A DNA stretch of 64,000 nt, from the NCBI RefSeq assembly GCF_021028975.2, contig NC_059428.1, forward strand, positions 138,880,001 through 138,944,000. The letters run 5' to 3'. The stretch is from Sphaerodactylus townsendi. Taxonomy: Eukaryota. The position numbers were made by a program, and so were the translations under genes. Shown here piece after piece: positions 50,322-60,392 of this stretch. Below the pieces are notes generated by a model. It did not search any database. It saw nothing but the letters and a program-made list of their open reading frames with translations, and had not been told where the DNA came from. Each line of letters opens with the position of its first letter. Position 1 is the first letter of the stretch.

Positions 50322-52539
50322 CAATGACCTCCTTCCTCTTCTTCATCCATTTTTCCACAACAGCCAATCGGCGCTCCAGACCTGCGTCTGCAATGGTACA
50401 GTGCTCAAAATTACCGTTTATGATAAGGCAAGGCAAAGGGTGAAAACCTTCCCTTGGTGGGCCCAGGGTGTGGAGTCAATGGGGGACAAGCTCTTGGTCC
50501 CCCATGTCCCCAAAGGGAACCCGTGAATAGTCTGGGACAGCCATTGAGCATACCAGGCAAACCCCACTTGGTTAAGGTGACCAGATGGTCACCTTTGTGA
50601 ACCGGGATGGGGGGTAGGCAGTTGCGCGTGCGTGCAGCCGCAAGAGCGCACTGCCTTCTGGGGCTTGCCGTTTCCCCCCCTGTCACAGGGCGGGAAACGG
50701 CAAGCCCCAGAAGGCTGTACTCCTGCGGCCGCGTGCGCAGGAGGCTGCCGCACTGCCTTGCGCCCCAGAAGGCAGTGCGACAGCCTCCCAAAAATCAGGA
50801 CAATTTAAATAACCCGTGGGACGCGGGACAAATTGTTTGAAGGCGGGACTGTCCCGCCAAAAGCGGGATGTCTGGTCAGCTTACACTTGGTGTTTCTTAA
50901 CTGGCTACCGCTGGGTTCTACGCGCTTACATCTAGGGTCGGCACAAGGCTCTGTCTGAGTTCCAACCTCAGGTGTGGGGGAGATGGGTGTTCCAGGCCGC
51001 ACATCCTTCAAACGACAAGGCACTTTCTCTCCAGACGTGCCTGATTTTGAACACAACATGGAAAACTAGGTGGGTAGGAAACAAGGGTGGGCCATGCTTG
51101 TTGGTCCACAGTTACGTGATTTGTTCCCTTCACACAACTACATATTCATACTAATGGTGGCCTCGCTTGGCGGGAGACTGAAGAGTCTTTGTCATGCCAT
51201 GCAACCCACCTTCCTTTGGATCCTTTTCCCTCAGACTTTCTGAACCCTGCTGCTCCAGCATCTCTGAGCTGCTGGAAGATGTTTCTAGGAGATGGGTACA
51301 ACGTCTTAGTCAATTTGTTTCTGTTGTAACAACTGCACAGGCTCGCAGACAGCAAGCAGGCAGGGAGGAGCGGGATTGCGTGGGGGATTGCTGTTAGGTA
51401 ACGCTGCCCGTTTGCTTCCCAAAACTTATGCCTTGTTTGTGTGCAAGGCACAAGTTATGAGTCAAAGTGCTTTTCTGGGCACCAATTAGCAAGGGTGACT
51501 GTTTGGGGTGCTGACAAAGGCAAATCTGTGTTTCTGATTAGGAGTGTTTGGGGTGCTGACAAATCTGTGTTTCTAATTAGGAGTGACAGTTCATGTGCAG
51601 GTTTCCCCCGTGTGGCACCATGGTGATGAAGCTGCACAATTGTCACTTCCGTTGCCACCCCTCCAACTGAACCACGGGGCTGCAGGATTGACGCTTTTTA
51701 TATATTCCCCATGCCGCTTACCCTCCTCAGTGCCAACATCTCTCTTCTTTTCTGTGCGGCTCCCCATCTCCGAGGAACTTGACCGTGATGTAGTGCCTGG
51801 TGATTTAGGAGAGCGCTTGGTTGAAAACTTCTCTGCTACTGCCAAACACTGTGTCTTTACCATTCACCACTCCCACAGACAATTGCTGCATTGCTGAGCC
51901 TTACAAATGGGCCACTTAAACCATGCAGGAGAGGGGAGTAGTTAATTTGGGGTTGGTTTAAAGTGCTGACACCCCTTGCTGAACGTGGCTGGCTCAGACA
52001 TACCATCCATCATCCAAGCCTGAACTACTCAGCAGACACAGAGACTGCTATGGTTTTCAGTAGTGTGTGGTGTAAGGAACTCCCCCGCCTTGCTGGAAGT
52101 GGCAGGCTCAGGCCCACCAGCAATCACCCAATCCTGCATTAATCAGCGGACCCTTCCATGGTTTCTGTTTCCGGTGCTGAGTGCATTAAAGAACTCACCC
52201 TCCTTTCTGGGAGCGGCAGGTTCAGGGCTACCAGCCGTCACCCAAGCCTCCCGCATTTCCAGGTAGTGCTTTGGCCAACTTGCCACGCTTGGCTCTCCTT
52301 GGAATGCCGCTCGCGCCTTGAAAAACTCCTTCTTTAGCCCCCTTCCACTTATTTTGAACCTGCGTAGGGGTCCTGGAAAAGCCTCTCTTTCCCATCGCCT
52401 TGCTGACCCCCACGTAAATCTTTCTATTGGGGGCCTTTCTGCTGCCCATTAGAATGGGCGCGGCCCCCCTGTCCTTCACTGCCTGGAGCGTCGTCTCCAC
52501 CTCCTCAGCTGACCAGTCAACCCCCCGAGTAGACGACAT
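50322..52539 (-). pseudogene. Myb/SANT-like (trihelix-type) DNA-binding gene of a PIF/Harbinger-like transposon, disabled
   Basis: Exon 52539-52199 encodes MSSTRGVDWSAEEVETTLQAV...NRKIYVGVSKAMGKRGFSRTPTQVQNKWK with a +1 frameshift in the C5 run at 52338-52342. Phase-1 exons follow at 51838-51722, 51332-51210 (in-frame TGA) and 50387-50322. Confidence 0.75.
50573..50883. mobile_element. hAT MITE (TAGGGTGACCAGA-type TIR) with internal hairpins
   Basis: TAAGGTGACCAGA...TCTGGTCAGCTTA and perfect TSD CACTTGGT (50565-50572, 50884-50891). Confidence 0.85.
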
Positions 52540-53770
52540 AACTGCCAGGAGGTAGCACGAAGTAAAGGCAGAGTCTAGGAGCACGAGGAGAGGAGGTGGC
52601 TGGACCGCGAAGTTGTTATCGCGAGAACACGGGCGATCGATAGCCAATGGTGACGAGATGTCGTCACACTCACCGCGAGATTTCATGAGGTTATGGTAGC
52701 CAATGGGAACATTGGAGTGTCGTCATCACGTGGTCACGTCACAGCGTGACAATGTGATGATGGGGGCCAAGCGTTACACACAACACGCCCTGGGACGGGC
52801 CAGCAGCCAATCAGAACTCCCATTTGTATTGCATTCCGCGACAATGCAAACCACCGGGGTTTCTGGAGCAAGAAGAAGATCCGTATCAACCGAGTGCTGT
52901 GTGAATGATGTCAAGTGACAAAACGGCAACAAAAAGGTCAGGATGTCGCTACGGATTGCATTAATTCCAGAGCAAACCTGGTGTGCGAAAAAGCCCGAAG
53001 TTGGACTTTAAAGACAGGAAGGAAGAAGTGTTGTTTTTAAAACCCAGCTTTTCTGTATCATAAGGAGTCTTAAAGTAACTTACCCTCCCCACAACATGGG
53101 CTCAGAGAGAGCTGTGACTGGGCCCAGCAGGCTTCCTGTAGAGGAGCGGATTAAAAAAAACCTGGTTCACCAGATTAGAGTCTGGCCTGCGAATAGTCTG
53201 CATTTTTTTTGCCAGCTGAAGTTAGAAAGAGGTGTCAGCTGCGAAAGAATCAGAATGTAGCCGCGAAGTGGAATTAAGACTCTGGCCACTTCAGCCAAGG
53301 CCCTTTTCAGCAGTTCTGATTGACAGGCAGCTTGACTCAAAGAGGACCCCTCCCAGGCACACAGCTTTCCCGTCGGCTACCCCCAGGGCCTCCCATCCCT
53401 CTGCAGAAGAGCTGCCCCCTTCCCTTGGCCCGGAATGGACTTGGTCTAAGTGGCACCGGGCCAAGGAATGCCGTGTGTGACTCACCCCATTCATGACCAG
53501 CCCTGCAGAGTCCCCACCCCGCCCGCCTTCTGGATCTCCCGGTGTTCCAGGGTTTCCTGGCAACCAGCAGAAACTTTCCATGCCCGGCAGAACTCGGAGC
53601 TGACGGCTGCTGCTGCCCTCAGACCAGCCACTCTCCCATGGTGGTGACCTCTCGGCTCCAGGAGTATCAGGAGGCTGTGTTACAGTCCTGTCGCTAAGGC
53701 AACCGGCGGAGCTTTGCGTCCTCACACGGGCAGGACTTTCCTTCTTGCAGTCCCAACAGCCGGAAGGAAG

Positions 53771-56700
53771 ATGAGCCAGAGGGTCACCTTTGGCGAGCTG
53801 GTCAATTTGGCCATCGGGACCCCTGAACTGGGCAACGTCAACTTCAATGCCCTCCATTTCTTGCTGCACAGCATGCTGCAGCATTTCAACCTGCAAGACG
53901 TGCAGAAAGAAGTCAGCGAGGAGGAGCTGGAGTTTATCAAGCCGCCCCCGAGAAGCTCCGTCCCCAAATCCCCGTCCCAAACGGACACGTCCTTGAGGAG
54001 AACCAGCTCCATCTTCCACCAGATGCACGAGAGAATCATCTCCATAGAGAAGCAGTTGCTCTTCTTGAATGATACGCCCACCACAACCGAGCTGCTGTCG
54101 CGCACCGAGGCCGGCACCTTTGCCCAGCCTGCCCAGGACATGTGGCAGCTGATGCAGCTGAAGAAGAAGATGGAAATAAACGAGGAAGGGATGACTAAGG
54201 TAGGGGAGGGTGGAGGGCCCCTCCTTTTGGAGGAAGGAAGCATCTCCTCCCTCCCTTTTGGGTCCAGGACACCTGCGTCCCCCCCCTTCCCCGTTTGGTG
54301 TTCAGAGCGAAGATGTGATGTAGTGGTAAAGATGGTTACTACAGAGCCCCAAGATTCCCACAAGGCCCCTCCGCTTGCAGGACGATGTGAATTAAGTCCT
54401 GATGTGATTGGCTTCGCCTCCCCCTCCATGTTTCCCTGGCCTGAGTCTCCTGCGGTCACTCTGTCCACCCTGCCCCCCAGTGCACCCCCAGATCTTTTAA
54501 AGCCAAATTGGTGATTCGTATGTTGGATGTTGTTAGCGGGACTGGTGATGTGGGGCAGTGGACAGAAGGGTTACTGTCCCTTTCTTGTCCCTGCCACAGT
54601 ATTCTCTGACTGTCCCCTCCATTTCCCAGGCCCTTGACGAAGCTGCCTCTGGTTTGCCTCTTCCGGTTAGTTATTGTGGGCAGTTCCATTCTGACGTATC
54701 CAGACTTTCCATTTGCCAAATATCAGATTTTCAGGATAATGTTCCGCCCCAAACCCCGTCAGTCTGTTGTGTGCCCCTGATCTAAGTCAAGAAATTGGGA
54801 TGTACCTTTTTCTCTGTATCCTGGATCCAAATTTACTCTGTCGACATCTGGATGATAGACGAAGGCAGTTGTATAACCTTTGTAGAATCATAGTACGGGT
54901 GGGGGGTGGGGGATTGTCCAAGCGTAGCCCTTTCTGGATAGCCCAGGATAGCCTGATCTCAGAGGCTAAGCAGGGTCAGCCCTGGTCAGTATTTGGGTGG
55001 AGGACCACCAAGCGAGCTCAGGGTCACTACGCAGAGACAAGCGAGGGCGACACACCTCTGAATATCTCTTGCCCAGAAAACCTTACTGGGTTGCCATAAG
55101 TCCACTGCTGGGTGATGACAAAAAAGGGTTGGGGGTCAAGTGTGCCCCCTGACCATGCCCAGGAGCCCCCCAGGGTGCCACCTGGATTTTCTGTCTCTGG
55201 CATCGGAGAGCCTTTGACTGGGCCGCTGCTGCTGCTGGGCCTGGCACTCAACTGCTGGGCTCTGAGCCGGATCGCAGCCGCTGTCCTCTTCCCTCCCTGC
55301 CCCACGTAGGCCATGAACACGCTGCAGGATTTGCTGAGCAACATCTGTGCCCTGAAAGTCAGCACCGAGAACTTCAAGCAAGAGCTGGAGAACATGAAAG
55401 GCACCTTTGAGAAAGTGAGTTGCACCCCCCCTCCCCCCGCCACCAGGAAGCCCCAAGGAAAACGGGCAAGCTCATTGGATGTGGGGCCCCAGAGTGTACC
55501 TCCGTAGCGCAGGATTCGTTGCTCTGCGAGTGACATGTTATCTAGAGGTCTTCAATCATTCTTAATTCCTGGCCCCGCATTTATTCAAAACTCCTAATTA
55601 TGCCTGTCAGGGTTGTTGTCTGGCTCACTGATCGTAACTCTTGGCTCTTTATGTTATCCAACTTGTCTTTCTTTCTCTACCAAGAGAAGATACCCCCCTT
55701 TCGAGTAGTATTTAAACTCCAGACGAGTTGTAAGGTATTCACAGACGCCATCTGGCTGTTTGCTGGAGGACCGGGGGCTTGTTTTCCACCCTTGGTGTAA
55801 GGCTTAGAGAGCCAGATTAGGATCTGGGAGACCTGGGTTCGAATCCCACATAGCTGTGGAAGCTCTCTGGGCAAACTCAGCCAGTCACACCCCCCCAGCC
55901 TAACCTGTCCCACAGGGTTGCCGGGAGGGCAAAAGCAGCCGTGGCAGTTCTTTCTCTCGCTACCCTCCTGGTTTCGTGCAAACACCATCGGAAGGCTGAC
56001 TGGTCGGTCAACAGTAAACTTCCTGAGTCTTTGTTGCACACGCAACTTGCGGGCCAACCAGCTTTCCAAGTGCAAAAACAAACCTTTTCAGAGAGAGCAG
56101 ACAAGTTGGGTCCAGCTGTTGCTGTCTGAATGGGCATGCTGCATGCGCATGCAGGCTCCAGCCCACTCAGCCCCTCCCTTGTCTAGAGCCAGCGTGGTGT
56201 AGTGGTCAAGAGCAGGTGCACTCTAATCTGGAGAACCGGGTTTGATTCCCTGCTCTGCCGCTTGAGCTGGTGAACCAGATTAGCTTGTTCACTCCAACAC
56301 ATGCCAGCTGGGTGATCTTGGACTAGTCACAGTTCTTTGGAGCTCTCTCAGCCCCACCTACCTCCCAGGGTTTTATTGTGGGGGAGGGAGGGAAAGGAGA
56401 TTGTCAGCCCCTTTGAGTCTTCTTACAGGAGAGAAAGGGGGGGGGGGTATAAATCTAACTCTTATCTTCTTCTTCTTAATGCCTTATTTATTTCCCCCCC
56501 TCAAGAATGATCTGGCTGTGCTGGATGGGGCGTTTGCTTCAACTGGACATGCCAAACTCTCCAAAAGCTTCGGGGAGGGGGGGGCGGGGGGGCAGAAAGA
56601 AGCCAAGCCCAGGAGCCTGGCAAGAATATGAAACCACTCCTCCTCCTCCTCCTCCTCCTCCTCCTCCTCCTCCTCCTCCTCCTCCTCCTCCTCCTTCTTC

Positions 56701-59700
56701 TTCACAGCTGGACATAGACAAGATGCTGCAGCAGCTTGGACAGATGGATGGTCAGGCCAAGGTGATTCAGGAGCTCCAGCAGCAATTGGTGAGTTGACCC
56801 CAAGTGGGCAGGTGGGCCATCGGCGCTTCTTGGGCCTGATGTCCTGGAGCCAAAGAACGCAGCCTCTTCCTTGCTAGGACCGCTTCCACCTCTGGGTCAG
56901 CTTCCCACCCCTCCTAAGCTCCTTTTAGGGCTCGCCCGCCTTCTAAGCCCCCCTCTCCTCCCCAAAGGTCTGTTGAGTCGTGACCCCTCTGGGAGCGTAT
57001 CTTCCTCACTTGGCACTCCACTTCCAGATCTCCTGTCTTAGAATCCTAGAGCTGGATGGGGCTATAGAGGCCATCTAGTCCAATCCTCTGCTCATTGCAG
57101 AATCAACCTAGAGCAGGGGTGTCCAACTCTGGCGCTTCAGATGTTCATGGACTACAGTTTCCCATCAGCGCCTGCTGGCATGGCCAATTGGCCAGCTGGA
57201 GCTGATGGGAATTGTAGTCCACAAACATCTGAAGCATCAGAGTTGGACACATCTGAACTAGAGCATCCCAGACCACTGGTCATTCAGCCACTGCTTGAAA
57301 ACTGCCGGGGGGGGGGGGGGGGCTCATCCCCTCCCTAGGCGACCGATTCCATGGCTGAACTGCTCTCATTGTAATGATTTCTTCCTAATATCCAGTCGGA
57401 ATCTTTCTGCCCATAATGTAAACCCATGACTGCGAGTCCTACCCTCTGCTGCCAACAGGAGGAGCTCTCTTCCCTCCTCTGAGCGACAGCCCTTCAAATA
57501 CATCAGGCGGACAATCATGTCCCCCTCAGTCTCCTCTTCTCCACACTGAACATCCCCAAGTCCCTCAGCCTTTCCTCCTGAGGTTCGGTGGTCTCCAGGG
57601 CCTTGCGTCTGCCCTCTTCTCTCCCTCCCAGTGCCTGTTTTTGCAAAAATATTATAATCCCAAACTCAATGCGGATTAAATATTTCTTCCTCAGCACACT
57701 CAGCAAGGCTGGATGTCCTCCCTGTCTGCAGAATCATTCTGTGGGGATCGCTCTGCTTTTGTGAAGAGTGTCGGGGGGTTGCTGTGGTTCCAGATGATTC
57801 CCTTTAGTGGGCTCCACAGAACAACTGTTCCCCTCCACCTCCAAACCTTCCTCCCCTTCCCACAATCCTAACCCTAACCCAAATGGTCAAAGGTCTGGAG
57901 TCCATGCCCTACGACAGTGGTGTCAAACTCGCGGCCCTCCAGATGTTATGGGCTACAGTTCCCATCATCCCCTGCCATCATGATGCTGGCAGGGGATGAT
58001 GGGAACTGTAGTCCATAACATCTGGAGGGCCGCGAGTTTGACACCTGTGCCCTACGAGAAGCGGCTTAGGGAGCTTGGGTATGTTTCGTCTGGAGAAGGG
58101 AAGGTTAAGGGGGAACACAATAGCCATGCTTAAATATTTGAAGGGATGTCATGTTGAAGAGGGAGCAAGCTTGTTTTTGACTGTTCCAGAGAACAAGGAA
58201 TAATGGGTTCAAAGTACAGAAAAGGAGATTCCACCTAAACATCCGGAAGAACTTCCTGACAGTGAGGGCTGTTTGACAGCAGAATACACTGCCTTGGAGG
58301 GCGGTGGAGTCTCCTTCCTTGTTTTTAAGCAGAGGCTGGGTAGCCATCTGTCAAGGGTGCTTCGATTGTGTGTTCCTGCATAGCAGAGGGGTTGGACTTG
58401 GTGGTCCTTGGGGTCTCTTCCAACTCTATGATTCTATGGAGAAGAGAATGTTAAGCGGTGACATGATAGCCAGGTTTGACAGTTTGAAGGGATGTCATGT
58501 TGGTGGAGGAGCCGCGTGATGTAGTGGATAAGTGCTTGGACTGCCACTCACATGGTCAGGAGTTCGAGCCCCCTGTGGGTCAGATATCCTGGCAGCTGAC
58601 TCAAGGTCAACTCAGCCATCCATCCATTCCTTGGTTGGTAAATGAGTACCTAGCTCATAGCTAGGGGGTAAAGAATAGTCGGGGAAAGCAATGGCAAACT
58701 ACCCCACAAAAGAGGGTTTGGTTTATAAAATCACTGTTTTCAGGAAAATTCCAGGGAGTCGAACACCTACGACTGAAGGGGAAACTTTACCTTTTACCAT
58801 GTTGGTGAGGGAGCAAGCTTGTTTTCTGCTCATCCAGAGGCTAGGACCAGGAGTCATGGATTCAAGGTGCAGCAAAAGAAATTCCACCTAAACAACAGAA
58901 AAAAACTTCCTGACAGTAAGGGCTGTTCGACAGTGGAATTCACTGCCTTGAAGAGTTGTGAAGTCTCCTTCTTTGAGGTTTTTAAAGAGAGGCTGGATGG
59001 CCACCTATCAGGCGTGCTTTGATTGTGTGTCCCTGCATTGCAGGGGGTTGGACTGGATGGCCCTTGCGGGTCTCTTCTGACTATGATTCTAACTCTCCCT
59101 TTTGCTGTCATTCCTCCTGCCACCAAGAGTGGCTGTTGTTTGAACATGGCATGTTCCCTCTTGGCATGCCAGGTGCTGCACATACTTGGGGCGGGGGGGG
59201 GGGGGTCTCACCCAGCAGGAACAGCATCAGGAGGAGAAGAGAAGGAAGTGGAGGGGGGGCTGTCAGGACAGAACCGGAGAGGTAAAAACAATCGCAAGAG
59301 GAGGCACCAGAGGGAAATGCCCTGGAGCCGCAACCGGAGCATGGTCTGGGGGACAGTACAGAACCGGAAAGAGTGGAAACGGGCTTCAGCCGTTAGCTGG
59401 CCTGGGAACGTGGGAATGACTCTTCTTCATCCGCATTCTCTCCCTCTTCCCTCCTCTCTGGCTGCAGAACTCTATGAAGGCAAAGACCAGCTCGATGCCT
59501 GTCTTGTCTGACCTGGTGCAGTGGGGCACTCTCTGTGAAAGACTCCAGGGCAAGGTGAGCCGGGCTGTGATTAGGGGCCTGCGGAAAAGTGGCTCTTTGG
59601 AGCACTGGTGATTGGAGTGGGCCCGATGCTCTTTGATGCCCTGATTCCTTGTCGTGGAGGAACATGGCTTTGAAAGTTGGAATCTTTCTGTTCGAATAAT

Positions 59701-60356
59701 GGCAGTAGTTGGAAATGTCTAATTTCACCCAACCAGGAGTTGTCCCAGCCCTGGCAGAAGTAGTCATGGGCCCAACTGCCCTCTTTATCCTATGTTAGTC
59801 CCCCCCTCCCATTATCCCAAAGAATGTGAGAAAGAGTTAGTTTGGAGCTCAGGCACCCCAAGGTCAGCGATAGGTAGAGATAAAGCCACCTGGCCTCCTG
59901 CCCCCACAGGACAACGGAAACAATTCCGTTTCCCATGAAACCAAAAGTGTCAGGGGTGAGCCTAGTTATCTACTCGGCATATGAAGCCATAAAGCAAAGA
60001 TCAAGGAAAGAATGTCCCAGAACAGTGATGGTAACATATAGCAGGCTGGTTACATATATCTTGTAGCAATTAAATTGATCTAGAAACGCATCTCAATCAA
60101 CTAGATTCAGTCTCCCTGACAGGCAGTTTGCAGCATCCAGAAAGTACTGAGGTGTGGAGCAGGGAAGATTGGATGAATTGGTGGCTGGCAGACTTTGCTT
60201 CTCTCCAGTGTGGAAGGTTGGCTGGTTTACCTAGCCTCCTAGCCAGGTCCTTTCTTTCTGGAGAAAGTCTTAAGGAAGAAGTGGGGCCGGGGTGGGGGTG
60301 TTTGCAGAGCATTCTGGGTGCGGCTTTCACCAAATGCCCTTCTTCAGAGTCTGTGT

Positions 60357-60392
<36 letters not shown>

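Larger units (their letters stand above)
49800..52996 (-). mobile_element. Truncated PIF/Harbinger-like DNA transposon (left boundary uncertain)
   Basis: Contains the Myb/SANT gene. The right end GGGCTTTTTCGCACAC (reverse of 52981-52996) resembles a Harbinger TIR. I found no matching left TIR and no transposase. Confidence 0.55.
57880..59090 (+). mobile_element. Two CR1 3' fragments with nested insertions
   Basis: CR1 ORF2 end and 3' UTR with ATTCTATG-type tails at ~58430 and ~59085. Confidence 0.75.

Noticed and set aside
51495-51590. Direct repeats suggesting a CRISPR-like array
   Set aside because: Only a two-copy tandem duplication in vertebrate intronic DNA, with no spacers or cas genes.
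54937-55030. 5S rRNA gene
   Set aside because: Truncated, diverged and fused to a SINE tail.
57867-57880. Telomeric CCCTAA repeats
   Set aside because: Only about two units, which can occur by chance.
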